The notes under the pieces were generated by a model, which worked only from the letters and a program-made list of their open reading frames with translations, was not told the DNA's origin and searched no databases. A DNA stretch of 64,000 bases, from the NCBI GenBank assembly GCA_964016885.1, contig OZ024759.1, positions 10,850,001 through 10,914,000 of the forward strand, in the 5' to 3' direction. The stretch comes from Eledone cirrhosa (Eukaryota). This document shows, one piece after another, positions 1 through 56,605 of the stretch (its first letter is position 1; each line of letters begins with the position of its first letter). The position numbers and the translations under genes are program-made.

Positions 1-367
1 TCCTGCACACAGCATTTGATTCCTCTTATGTCTAGTTTCTCTCTCAGTTCATTTATGCTTTGGCGTTCATATATATTACTATTACACATCCATCAGAGCA
101 GGCAAGCTTCATTTCTTTCTAATCTACACAAGTCTTCTACACAAAACGTCCAGGTCTCACTACCATGTAACATTGCTGTTCATATACATCATACAGTTTG
201 CCTTTTATTTTGAGAGAAAAGCCTTTTGTAGCCAGCAGTGGTAGTAGCTCCATATATATACATTTACACACAATCACACATGGTGTGTATATATATATAT
301 ATGTATGTATCTATATAAATAAATATATATATCTATACATGTGTGTGTCTTTGTTTATTTTGCTTTA
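1..367 (-). mobile_element. RTE-LINE 3' fragment plus flank; duplicate of 16963-17690 without the SINE
   Basis: Near-identical to 16963-17236 plus 17590-17690. Confidence 0.75.
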
Positions 368-496
368 AATAATTGATCCAATGAACTGCATTGTGGGAAA
401 TTACTCCCAGCTACTTTTTAAAATCCTTTTAAAAATGTAAGATAAATAAAATAAATAAATAAATAAATATATATATATATAATTCCAGTATTGGCA

Positions 497-572
<76 letters not shown>

Positions 573-1029
573 TATTTAATATGCAACTGAAAAAAGGATT
601 TAAAAATATTATTTGGTTTTGTTGTTTGCTATTTTTTAATGGTATGAAAATAATTATTTAAAAGGGAAAAAGTAATTTTAAATGATAAAAAAATAAGAAC
701 CAAGATAGAATATTTTTCTGTTCTATATTTTATTTCAAAATTATAAGGCTAAATCATTTTTGAAAGAATGGAAATTTTTGAGATTGGTTTCTTACAAATT
801 TCAAAAAGCAAAACAACAACAACAAAGAAATGAAATAGATATTAACATTCTCCAATACTACACCTAATATTCCCCTTCCATACACACGTACACATGTATA
901 TCATGACTCATACACTATTCAATTCCCTGACATTTGTATATTATTCTATGTACTATACATGCACCTTTGATGAGTTGTAGTGCACCTGAGCACTGTACAC
1001 AATAATTTCATTATTAATATTATTATTTA

Positions 1030-1540
1030 TTGCCCTGTACCACATGAAACCACACTAATAAGACATTCTTGGAAAGTAGAAAACAACACAATCACTAGAG
1101 ACAACATTGTTTTAATTATTGTATTTCCCGGCGCCAAAGACGCTTCGTCATCCAAGACGCACCCTAATTTTAACAACCAAAAATTTGAAAACAAATAATA
1201 AACAACCTTCAGCCTCCAGGACGCATGGTAGATTTTTGAGACTTATTTTAGGAAAATGTGGTAGATATTAACACTTACTGTCCTGTACCACATGAAACCA
1301 CATTAGCTAGATATTGTTGAAAAATACAGAACAATACCAAGACTGTATGACATTAAATATTAAAGTCTTTACTATAATACTGCAGATTGTCACGACAATC
1401 TGTGCACCAGTAAAGATATTATAAACACTGGAATTAACAAACTACATGAAACCACATCAGCAAGACATTCTAGAAAACTACAAAACAACACTATGACTGC
1501 ATCACATTAAATATCAAAATCTTTACTCTAATACTGTAAC
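1030..1540. repeat. Degenerate ~165-bp dispersed/tandem repeat (also at 29180-29345 and 50630-50745), interrupted by a Tc2/pogo-like DNA transposon fragment at ~1120-1255
   Basis: Recurring motif tcctgtaccacatgaaaccacattag..aaaacaacactatgactgcatcacattaaatattaaagtctttact. The gtatttcccggcg..aagacgcaccc pattern resembles a Tc2-like end. Confidence 0.55.
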
Positions 1541-4500
1541 AACACCAACAACATCAACAACAACACCAACAACACCAACACCAACACCACCAACACCATC
1601 AACACCACCACCAACAACAACACCACCAACACCAACAACACCACCACCACCAACAACACCAACACCACCACCAACAACACCAACAACACCAACAACACCA
1701 ACACCACCACCAGCACCAACACCAACAACACCAACAACAACACCAACAACACCACCAACACCAACACCACCAACAACACCAACACCACCAACACCACCAA
1801 CAACACCAACAACACCAACACCACCACCACCACCAACAACAACACCAACACCACCACCACCACCACCACCAACACCACCACCACCACCCCCAACACCACC
1901 ACCACCACCACCAACATCACCAACACCAACACCACCACCAACACCACCAACAACAACACCAACAACACCAACAACACCAACAACAACAACACCACCACCA
2001 ACACCAACACCAACACCACCAACAACGACACCACCAACACCAACACCAACACCACCAACAACAACAACAACACCAACACCAGCAACACCACCACCAACAA
2101 CACCAACAACACCAACACCACCACCACCACCACCACCACCACCACCACCACCACCACCACCAACACCAACACCACCACCAACAACACCACCAACACCACC
2201 ACCACCACCACCACCACCACCACCAACACCAATACCACCACCAACACCACCACCAACACCACCACCAACACCACCACCAACACCACCACCACCAACACCA
2301 ACGCCACCATCAACACCAACACCAACACCACCAACAACACCACCAACACCACCACCAACAACACCACCAACACCAACACCACCACCACCACCAACACCAC
2401 CAACAACAACACCAACAACACCAACAACACCAACACCACCACCAACATCAATACCACCACCAACACCACCACCAACACCACCACCAACACCAACACCACC
2501 AACACCACCAACACCAACACCACCAACAACACCAACACCAACACCACCAACAACACCACCAACACCACCACCAACACCACCAACACCACCAACACCACCA
2601 ACACCACCACCAACACCACCACCACCACCAACACCACCACCAACACCAACAACAACAACACCACTAACACCACCAACACCACCAACACCACCACCAACAC
2701 CAACACCAACACCACCACCAACACCACCACCAACAACACCACCAACACCACCACCAACACCACCAACACCACCAACACCACCAACACCACCAACACCACC
2801 ACCACCACCAACACCAACACCAACACCAACACCACCACCAACACCACCAACAACAACACCACCAACACCACCACCAACACCACCAACACCACCAACACCA
2901 CCAACACCACCACCAACACCACCACCAACACCACCAACACCAACACCACCAACACCACCAACACCACCAACACCACCACCAACACCACCACCAACACCAC
3001 CAACAACACCACCAACACCACCAACACCACCACCAACACCACCACCAACACCACCAACACCAACACCAACACCAACACCAACACCACCAACAACACCAAC
3101 ACCACCACCAACACCAACACCACCACCAACACCACCACCACCAACAACAACACCAACAACAACACCAACACCAACACCAACACCAACACCAACACCAACA
3201 CCACCACCAACACCACCACCAACACCACCAACACCAACAACAACACCAACACCAACACCAACACCAACACCAACACCACCACCAACACCACCACCAACAC
3301 CACCACCAACACCAACACCAACACCACCACCAACACCACCACCAACACCACCAACACCAACAACAACACCAACACCAACACCAACACCAACACCAACACC
3401 ACCACCAACACCACCACCAACACCACCACCAACACCAACACCAACACCAACACCACCAACACCAACACCAACACCAACACCACCACCAACACCACCACCA
3501 ACACCACCAACACCAACAACAACACCAACACCAACACCAACACCAACACCAACACCACCACCAACACCACCACCAACACCACCACCAACACCAACACCAA
3601 CACCACCACCAACACCACCACCAACACCAACAACAACACCAACACCAACACCAACACCAACACCAACACCACCACCAACACCACCACCAACACCACCACC
3701 AACACCAACACCAACACCAACACCACCAACACCACCACCAACACCAACACCAACACCAACACCACCAACACCACCACCAACACCACCAACACCACCACCA
3801 ACACCAACACCAACACCAACACCACCACCAACACCACCAACACCAACACCACCAGCACCACCAACACCACCACCAACACCACCAACACCACCAACACCAC
3901 CACCAACACCAACACCAACACCAACACCAACACCACCACCAACACCACCACCAACACCACCAACACCACCACCAACACCAACACCAACACCAACACCACC
4001 AACACCACCACCAACACCAACACCAACACCAACACCACCAACACCACCACCAACACCACCACCAACACCACCAACACCACCACCAACACCAACACCAACA
4101 CCAACACCACCACCAACACCACCAACACCAACACCACCAACACCACCAACACCACCACCACCAACACCACCAACACCACCAACACCACCAACAACACCAC
4201 CACCAACACCACCACCACCAACACCAACACCAACACCAACACCACCACCAACACCACCACCAACACCACCACCAACACCACCAACACCACCAACACCACC
4301 AACAACACCACCACCACCACCACCAACACCAACACCAACACCACCACCAACACCACCACCAACACCACCAACACCACCATCAACACCACCAACACCACCA
4401 ACAACACCAACACCACCACCAACACCACCAACACCACCAACACCACCAACAACACCACCACCACCACCACCAACACCAACACCAACACCACCACCAACAC

Positions 4501-5143
4501 CACCACCAACACCACCAACACCACCATCAACACCAACACCAACACCACCACCAACACCAACACCAACACCACCAACACCACCAACAACACCAACACCACC
4601 AACAACACCACCACCAACACCACCACCACCAACACCAACACCAACACCAACACCACCACCAACACCACCACCAACACCACCAACACCACCAACAACACCA
4701 ACACCACCAACAACACCAACACCAACACCACCAACACCACCAACAACACCAACACCACCAACAACACCACCACCAACACCACCACCACCACCACCAACAC
4801 CAACACCAACACCACCACCAACACCACCACCAACACCACCACCACCACCACCAACACCAACACCAACACCACCACCAACACCAACACCAACACCACCAAC
4901 ACCACCAACAACACCACCACCACCACCAACACCAACACCAACACCAACACCAACACCACCACCAACACCACCAACACCAACACCACCAACACCACCAACA
5001 CCAACACCAACACCACCACCAACACCACCACCAACACCACCAACACCACCATCAACACCACCAACACCAACACCAACACCACCACCAACACCACCACCAA
5101 CACCACCACCAACACCAACACCACCAACAACACCACCACCAAC
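1540..5143. repeat. 3.6-kb compound (CCA/ACA)n trinucleotide array
   Basis: Almost only CCA and ACA triplets, in unbroken phase. Confidence 0.97.
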
Positions 5144-6269
5144 ACAGTTGTATGAAAGAAGAAGAATGAAAGACAAACGTCATGTTTTCAACTCAATAAT
5201 AGCAGACGGAATTATTTCTTTAGACTCGGCTTAAAGCCAAACTGTGTGGTGAAATAATGGCAGAGATAAACTAATTTCACTGTTATTTCTTGTACAACTG
5301 TCAATCCTGAATGGATGGAAGCCAACAATCCCACCTGGTTGACTTCTGTTAGTAAAGACAATGTAGTTCTTGACAGAAGTCATTTGAGATGAAAGAGACA
5401 AAGTTCCTTACATTCTGTTTTCACCCTCCTAATTCTTTTGTTACCATATTTTTTAATGAAAGACCCTAATTTGTATGGTATGGCCCTTCAATTTCTGAGG
5501 GAGTCATAGGGACACCATATTGGTATATGGTATGGTGCCATAACTCCTGAAGGATTTGTTTAGGTGCCATATTTACACACACAGCCATGGAAGTGTTTTT
5601 TAGGGCATTTTAAAAACCTGATGGAGCCCATACCCTCTCCAGGCCTGAATACAGCAGGTTTTTTGTAGAGAAGGATAGTGGGTGTGAGAGAGAATGGAAG
5701 TAATAAAGAGATATAGAGGAAGAATTGACCCCAGTATTTAGCTGGTACTTTATTTATCGACCTTGATTAAATGAAAGGCAAAGTTGATCTCTGCAGAATT
5801 TGAATGCAAAGCTTTCTATTTGATGTTCTAACAATTTTCAAATAATCAAGAATTTAGAGGGATTTAGTAATATAACTAACTTTTCTCATTATTAAGTTGC
5901 TGTTTGGAAGATAACTTAACAAAGGTTCTTACATAAAATTATGATGGTTAGTGTAGTAGGAAGAGCTTCTGTTTGTAGAAACCATGCCAAATATGGAACA
6001 TATGTGTAGGATGTGGTTCTGCTGACCTCTCTGGTCTTGGACAGTGACAAACTGTCCAACCCATGCCAGCACGGAAAGTGGACATAAATTGATGATGATA
6101 TGATGATGATGAACCCAGCAAAACATTCAATGTCCATTTTCCACACTTGCATGAGTTAGATGGGTTGTCAGACGAGACAAGTCCTATCAGGTGACCATAT
6201 CCTGCTCTTATGGATCTGTATTTTAGCTTGATTTCTACAGCTGGATGCCCTTCAAACGCCAACCATTTT

Positions 6270-6740
6270 CCAGTGTGGATTGGGTGCTTTTTATCATGGC
6301 ACTAGCAGGACCATCTTACAGGGTGGACTGGGTGCTTTTTGTTGTGTCACCAGCACGACCACTTTACAGGGCAGACTGGGGGCTTTTTGTTGTGTCACCA
6401 GCATGACCATCTTACAGGGTGGACTGGGTGCTTTTTGTTGTGTCACCAGCACGACCACCTTACAGGGCGAACTGGGGGCTTTTTGTTGTGTCACCAGCAC
6501 GACCACCTTACAGGGCGGATTGGGGGCTTTTTGTTGTGTCACCAGCACGACCACCTTACAGGGCGGATTGGGGGCTTTTTGTTGTGCCACCAGCACGACC
6601 ACCTTACAGGGCGGATTGGGGGATTTTTTTTTGTGTCACCAGCATGACCACCTTACAGGGTGGACTGGGTGCTTTTTGTTGTGTCACCAGCACGACCACC
6701 TTACAGGGCGGACTGGGGGCTTTTTGTTGTGGCACCAGAT
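6270..6740. repeat. 48-bp minisatellite (~10 copies) grown out of a SINE body
   Basis: Unit cagcacgaccaccttacagggcggactgggggctttttgttgtgtcac, contiguous with SINE sequence gatttctacagctggatgccctt. Confidence 0.92.
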
Positions 6741-7014
6741 CAGTATACAGGTTGAACTTAATGCTTGTGTTGTGGTAACAGCATTGTGGGAGACCAAATG
6801 TAGAGCAGTTCCAACTTTCATGTTTTGTATGCTTGGGTTTGGCAGGCAAGGTGTATTTGGAGTGAGGGACTGGAACTGCAAAATAAACAGCTTTGTATTG
6901 TAAAACCAGCACAGATTCAGATGGTTTGTTGTTTTAAAAGATTGACAAAGGTAAACCTGAACAGATGTGGGGAGTGTTGTATCAAAAAGATGTTGTTTTA
7001 AAAGAAAAACATAG

Positions 7015-8580
7015 GTGTGTGTAGGTCCTCCATGACATAGATGTGTATGTGTGTAGGTCCTCCATGGCTGTGTGTGTGTGTGTAGGTCCTTCTTGGCTGT
7101 GTGTGTGTGTGTGTAGGTCCTTCATGGTTGTGTGTGTGTGTAGGTCCTTCATGGCTGTATGTGTGTGTGTATGTATGTCCTCCATGGCAGTGTGTGTGTA
7201 GGTCCTCCATGGCTCTGTATGTGTAGGTCCTCCATGGCTGTGTGTGTGTGTATGTCCTCCATGGCTGTGTGTGTATGTGTGTAGGTTCTCCATGTTTGTG
7301 TGTGTGTAGGTCCTCCATGGCTGTGTGTGTGTGTGTAGGTCCGCCATGGCTGTGTGTGTGTGTGTAGGTCCTCCATGGCTGTGTGTGAGCATGTGTAGCT
7401 CCTCCATGGATGTGTGTGTGTGTGTGTGTGTATGTCCTCCATGGCTGTGTGTGTGTGTGTGTATGTACTCCATGGCTGTGTGTGAGTATGTGTAGGTCCT
7501 CCATGGATGTGTGTGTGTAGGTCCTCCATGGTTGTGTGTGTGTGTATGTCCTTCATGGCTGCGTGTGTGTGTGTGTATGTCCTCCATGGCTGTCTGTGTG
7601 TGTGTAGGTCCTCCATAGATGTGTGTGTGTGTGTAGGTCCTCCATGGCTGTGTGTGTGTGTGTAGGTCCTCCATGGCTGTGTGTGTGTGTATGTCCTCCA
7701 TGGATGTGTGTGTGTGTGTATGTCCTCCATGGCTGTGTGTGTGTGTGTAGGTCCTCCATAGATGTGTGTGTGTGTGTATGTCCTCCATGGCTGTGTGTGT
7801 GTGTATGTCCTCCATGGCTGCGTGTGTGTGTGTATGTCCTCCATGGCTGCGTGTGTGTGTGTATGTCCTCCATGGCTGTGTGTGTGTGTATGTCCTCCAT
7901 GGCTGTGTGTGTGTGTATGTCCTCCATGGCTGCGTGTGTGTGTGTATGTCCTCCATGGCTGCGTGTGTGTGTGTATGTCCTCCATGGCTGTGTGTGTGTG
8001 TATGTCCTCCATGGCTGTGTGTGTATGTGTGTAGGTCCTCCATGTTTGTGTGTGTGTATATCCTCCATGGCTGTGTGCGTGTGTGTGTAGGTCCTCCATG
8101 GATGTGTGTGTGTAGGTCCTCCATGGTTGTGTGTGTGTGTGTGTGTATGTCCTTCATGGCTGTGTGTGTGTGTGTAGGTCCTCCATGGCTGTGTGTGTGT
8201 GTATGTTCTCCATGGCTGTGTGTGTATGTGTGTATGTCCTCCATGGCTGTGTGTGTAGGTCCTCCGTGTTTGTGTGTGTGTGTAGGTCCTCCATGGCTGT
8301 GTGTGTGTGTGTATGTACTCCATGGCTGTGTGTGAGCATGTGTAGGTCCTCCATGGCTGTGTGTGTGTAGGTCCTCCATGGCTGTGTGTGTGAATGTCCT
8401 CCATGGCTGTGTGTGTGTAGGTCCTCCATGGTTGTGCGTGTGTGTGTAGGTCCTCCATGGCTGTGTGTGTGTGTGTATGTCCTCCATGGCTGTGTGTGTG
8501 AATGTCCTCCATGGCTGTGTGTGTGTAGGTCCTCCATGGTTGTGCGTGTGTGTGTAGGTCCTCCATGGCTGTGTGTGTGA
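7015..8580. repeat. Compound minisatellite gtaggtcctccatggct(gt)n
   Basis: Direct inspection; the (GT)n spacer length varies. Confidence 0.95.
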
Positions 8581-8899
8581 ATGTGAACCTCTGTCAGTTG
8601 AACAAACAACAGAAGTATCTGCTCGTGAAATGAATGTACAAGTGGCTGTGCATGCTTCAGACACATGCACCTTTAGCCTAGTTCTCAGGGAGATTCAGCA
8701 TAAGACAATATGTGACAAGGTTGTCATTTTGAATTACTGAATAGACTGGAGCAACATGAAATGAAGTGTCTTGCTGAAGGACATAATGTACCACCAGGTG
8801 TGAAACTCGCAACCTTACAACTCAGGATGAACATCTTAACCACTTTACCATATTTATTTAGCACTGATTACTTGAATTAGCTGCAGACCTGTCAACCTC

Positions 8900-10160
8900 T
8901 AAAAACCCAAACGGGGAGTACCATGAAAAAAGGCCCCTAAAACAGGGAAAAACCCAAACGGAGAGTAGCATGAAAAAAGGCCTCCAAGACGGGGAAAAAC
9001 CCAAACGGGGAGTACCATGAAAAAAGGCCCCCAAGACAGGGAAAAACCCAAACGGGGAGTACCATGAAAAAAGGCCCCAAAACAGGGAAAAACCCAAACG
9101 GAGAGTACCATGAAAAAAGGCCCCAAGACAGGGAAAAACCCAAACGGAGAGTACCATGAAAAAAGGCCCCAAGACAGGGAAAAACCCAAACAGAGAGTAC
9201 CATGAAAAAAGGCCCCCAAGACAGGGAAAAACCCAAATGGGAAGTACCATGAAAAAAGGCCCCCAAAACAGGGAAAAACCCAAACGGGGAGTACCATGAA
9301 AAAAGGCTCCCAAAACAGGGAAAAACCCAAACGGAGAGTACCATGAAAAAAGGCCCCAAGACAGGGAAAAACCCAAACGGGGAGTACCATGAAAAAAGGC
9401 CCCAAGACAGGGAAAAACCCAAACAGAGAGTACCATGAAAAAAGGCCCCAAGACAGGGAAAAACCCAAACAGAGAGTACCATGAAAAAAGGCCCCCAAAA
9501 CAGGGAAAAACCCAAATGGGAAGTACCATGAAAAAAGGCCCCCAAAACAGGGAAAAACCCAAACAGAGAGTACCATGAAAAAAGGCCCCCAAGACAGGGA
9601 AAAACCCAAATGGGAAGTACCATGAAAAAAGGCCCCCAAAACAGGGAAAAACCCAAACGGGGAGTACCATGAAAAAAGGCTCCCAAAACAGGGAAAAACC
9701 CAAACGGAGAGTACCATGAAAAAAGGCCCCAAGACAGGGAAAAACCCAAACGGGGAGTACCATGAAAAAAGGCCCCAAGACAGGGAAAAACCCAAACAGA
9801 GAGTACCATGAAAAAAGGCCCCAAGACAGGGAAAAACCCAAACAGAGAGTACCATGAAAAAAGGCCCCCAAGACAGGGAAAAACCCAAATGGGAAGTACC
9901 ATGAAAAAAGGCCCCCAAAACAGGGAAAAACCCAAACGGGGAGTACCATGAAAAAAGGCTCCCAAAACAGGGAAAAACCCAAACGGAGAGTACCATGAAA
10001 AAAAGGCCCCAAGACAGGGAAAAACCCAAACGGGGAGTACCATGAAAAAAGGCCCCCAAAACAGGGAAAAACCCAAACGGAGAGTACCATGAAAAAAGGC
10101 CCCCGAAACAGGGAAAAACCCAAACGGGGAGTACCATGAAAAAAGGCCCCCAAAACAGGG
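8900..10160. repeat. 46-47-bp homopolymer-rich minisatellite (~27 copies)
   Basis: Unit aaaaacccaaacggggagtaccatgaaaaaaggcccccaaaacaggg. Confidence 0.95.
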
Positions 10161-10189
10161 AGAAATGAGGCAAAATGGGGAGATTTTAT

Positions 10190-10372
10190 ATAATTGTTTC
10201 TACTTTTGGCACAAGGGCAGCAATTATTCCAGTGTATTAATGGTATTTTATTTTATCGACCCCCGTAAGGATGAAAGGCAAAGTTAACCTAGGCGGGATT
10301 TGAACTCAGATCATAAAGGGAGGTAACTCTATACTTCAAAGCATGGCGTCCGACCCTCTACCGATACTGCCT
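10190..10372 (-). mobile_element. tRNA-derived SINE, family 2 (Deu/Nin-domain-like)
   Basis: Reverse complement of the copies at 21205, 53914 and 59114 (gagttcaaatcccgccgaggttaactttgcctttcatccttacggggtcgataaaataaa). Confidence 0.8.
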
Positions 10373-10878
10373 ATGAAAGCTATATCCATTTTCACAAGAG
10401 AAGACATCTCTCACCCACTCCAAAGCGGGTGGGAGATCTCCCTGTTGGACGAGGGTGAGTTGACAGGTCTATAGCTGAATAGAATGCTTTGCTGCATTTG
10501 TTCCGACTCTCTGTTCTCCGCGTTCAACTTTGCCTTTCATCCATTTGAGATCGAAAACAATGTGCCAGCCTTCTACTGAGGTCGATTCTTCCTCCATATC
10601 TCTTTCTCACTTTCTATTCTTCTCTGGAAGAAATCTGCTGTAATTCAGACATGGAGAGATGGGCTCTTCCAGGTTTAAAATACCCAAGAAACGCTATACA
10701 CTACTGGGGCACCCCTACAACTTCATCAGGAGTTATGGTACCATACCATACCAAAATACTTAATGAACTGTTTGAATTTGGGCCTATATTTTAGTAGGTC
10801 AAACATTTTTTTAGGTGAAAAGGGCAAATTCCTTGGCAATTTGACATCCTCTTGGTCTTTTTAAAGGATAGTCACAGG

Positions 10879-11037
10879 CAGGGCCATCTTAACAGAATTA
10901 TAGGCCCCCGGGCAAAGCAGAGCACTGGGGCCCCTACCTACACAACCAATCACAGGAATAAAAATACAAATGGGCCCTCTATCCTCGTGGGGGCCCCGGG
11001 CTACTGCCCAGCGTGCCCATGCGTTAAGACGGCTCTG
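10879..11037. mobile_element. hAT-type MITE
   Basis: TIRs cagggccatcttaac / gttaagacggctctg; 8-bp TSD gtcacagg at 10871-10878 and 11038-11045. Confidence 0.88.
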
Positions 11038-11079
11038 GTCACAGGCAGTCTAGAACAGATTGCATTCTTATCCTCTTTT

Positions 11080-11624
11080 GCCAACTACAATAAACGGTCC
11101 ATTTAATTTCCAGTAAACTATTAATTATCTTTTTGTTTTTGCTTCCAGTGCGTCTATCTAAGGCGAATGATTGCCAAAATAAAGACAATTAAAAAACAAA
11201 TTTCTCCCTTTTAAACATGTTACGTTTGTGTTTTTAAACTATTTTATTTTGTTTGTTTGTTTGTTTGTTTGTTTTTGCTTCCGATGCGTCTACCTAGGAC
11301 GAAATATTGCCTAAAAATAACAATTTCTCCCTGCTAAACACAATTTTATTTTCACTAACTACAATAAACAGCCCCGTTTACTTCCGGTTCATATTTCAGC
11401 TTTGTTCTTTTTTTCTTTTTCTTCTCCACAAGCCGAAAGATAGCGAAAATGCAAAACTAAAAAGAAAACCAAAATAACAAAACTCTCCCTGTTAGTGTGT
11501 AGTTTCACCACGCACAACAATAAACGGTCCCTGTCACTTCCGGTTAATTATTTATCTGTTATTATTACTACTTCCTCTTCTTCTTCTCTCCCCCTCCCAC
11601 ATTAGTCGTGTGTTGTCACAGAAG

Positions 11625-11632
<8 letters not shown>
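11080..11632 (+). promoter_or_regulatory. Probable TATA-less housekeeping promoter of KAT7
   Basis: Two ETS-type ACTTCCGG motifs (about 11380 and 11536), a YY1-type AAGATGGCG at 11622-11630, ACTACA motifs and local CpG enrichment, all just upstream of the first exons. Confidence 0.65.
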
Positions 11633-54395
<42,763 letters not shown>

Positions 54396-55129
54396 AAGTT
54401 GCACCAATTGCACGAGCTTCCTATTCTCGGTAGAGTTTCTGTTTAGGTGGTGTTGGTGTAGGTGGTGTTGGTGACATAATCGTGGTAGAGATTCTGTTTA
54501 GGTGGTGGGCAGGTACGTGGTGGTGGTGGTTGGTAACATTGGTAGAGATTGTTTAGTTGGTGGGCAGGTGTGTGGTGGTGGAGCTGATACTGAACATTCC
54601 AACAGATACTCAGTTTCTAACTTCACCATATATATATTTTTTAAACCCATCATACTCCATATAGTCGAATGAGTGTGTAGTACACATGTGTATATATATA
54701 TATATATATATCGGGAGAGATGACCCCTTAGCCTTTGTCAAGGCAGAATTCTAGGAGAAGGAAAACTCTGATATAACACCTGCAACCCTGATGGTATCCA
54801 ATGATGTTGACTTGTTCTTCTTTTTGGTAAATATCATCTTGGTTAAGAGAGTGGGAATGGCTTTGTGCAGTGCCTTTGCTCACTATAAAAGCTTCACGGC
54901 ACAGGCATTGCTTTATATCTGGAGATCTCTCTGCACTTGTCGTCACATGGTACCATGGGCCCAGCACTATGTGTCAATAATTGTCACAAGTGTAGTGTTT
55001 GTACCAAAGTTTTCAAGTCGCTGGCCGGACTGAAAAGTCACACTCGTTCAGCGCATCGGTAGGGGTTCTCCTACATGGATATAAAGTAGTGGCCGTACTC
55101 GAAAACGAGTTGGCAGCCACCATATATAT

Positions 55130-55276
55130 ATATATATATACATATACATTCGTGTGTGTGAGTGTGTGTGAATATATATATATATGTGTGTGTATAGTCC
55201 TCATCTAGTCGGTAAGAAAGCTAACTTCTGCAATGATAAAGTGGCTTTACTTGGATTTCAGTCATTGATTATATAT

Positions 55277-55307
<31 letters not shown>

Positions 55308-55324
55308 CATTCGTGTGTGTGTGA

Positions 55325-55358
<34 letters not shown>

Positions 55359-55460
55359 ATAGTCCTCATCTAGTCGGTAAGAAAGCTAACTTCTGCAATG
55401 ATAAAGTGGCTTTACTTGGATTTCAGTCATTGATTATATATATGTGTGTATATATATATA

Positions 55461-55513
<53 letters not shown>

Positions 55514-55612
55514 TCACCGTTTTACGTCCGTTCTTCCATGCTAGCATGGGTTAACATGGGTTATATATATACACACACACAACAATGTATGGATATAAGT
55601 CTATGTATATGC

Positions 55613-55669
<57 letters not shown>

Positions 55670-56245
55670 TATATTTCTTTATTTACCATAAAGGCATAAA
55701 AAGAAGGGACAAATACAAAGGGGGAGTTTACATACAATCGAGTAAAAAGGGTATAAAATGAAAATAATCGAAAATAACCTCAAAAGGGAGGGGACGTGAT
55801 GGGGGTTGCACACACCCCCGAAAAAGTGTGCAATCCTTTGTCCGGGGAGCACATTATATATATATATAGATAGGTAGATAGATAGAATTTAATAACACAC
55901 AGTAGTTGTGCATTCTTTGATATGTATAATACTTGCATTGGGGCTTTTGTATGTATGTATGTATATATATATATATATATATACATACAAACACAGTAAC
56001 GTATTAATATAAATACATATAATGTAAGACACTCAGACAATAGATGTGTACATATAGGTTTTAGACAGCATACCCCTACCTTCTTTGATCTCTTTTGTGT
56101 ATATACACACACACACATGTCTGTCTGTGCATGTAGATGTATTTAGACATGTATATATATATATATATATATATATATTCAGATCTATATGACTATACCT
56201 ATGTATACTATATGTATGTAGTGTGCATGTATGTGTGTATATATT

Positions 56246-56297
<52 letters not shown>

Positions 56298-56361
56298 CAT
56301 CTATATGACTATACCTATGTATACTATATGTATGTAGTGTGCATGTATGTGTGTATATATT

Positions 56362-56409
<48 letters not shown>

Positions 56410-56472
56410 CATCTATATGACTATACCTATGTATACTATATGTATGTAGTGTGCATGTATGTGTGTATATAT

Positions 56473-56529
<57 letters not shown>

Positions 56530-56605
56530 CATCTATATGACTATACCTATGTATACTATATGTATGTAGTGTGCATGTATGTGTGTATATATATATATAT
56601 ATATG
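55130..56605. repeat. Microsatellite-bounded tandem duplications (2 x ~165 bp at 55130-55460; 4 x ~115 bp at 56150-56605)
   Basis: Repeated agtcctcatctagtcggtaagaaagc.. and ttcacatctatatgactatacctatgtatac.. Confidence 0.88.

Noticed and set aside
1523-5176. 1217-aa Gly/Val and 1205-aa Val/Leu ORFs (silk- or elastin-like)
   Set aside because: They arise from a stop-free (GGT/TGT)n array. Several frames are open, there is no codon degeneracy, and there is no credible start or signal peptide.
5150-6960. Exons of a divergent minus-strand gene (donor-like cttac at ~5408 and ~5930)
   Set aside because: No recognisable protein in any frame and no consistent acceptor/phase chain. A lncRNA cannot be excluded.
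6982-10173. Long His/Thr-rich and Phe/Gly-rich ORFs
   Set aside because: All three frames are open with the same repeating peptides; these are minisatellite translations.
54715-55122. Short ORFs downstream of the KAT7 stop, with a PBS-like tggtggc on the minus strand
   Set aside because: No recognisable domain or LTR; probably 3' UTR or an unclassified TE fragment.
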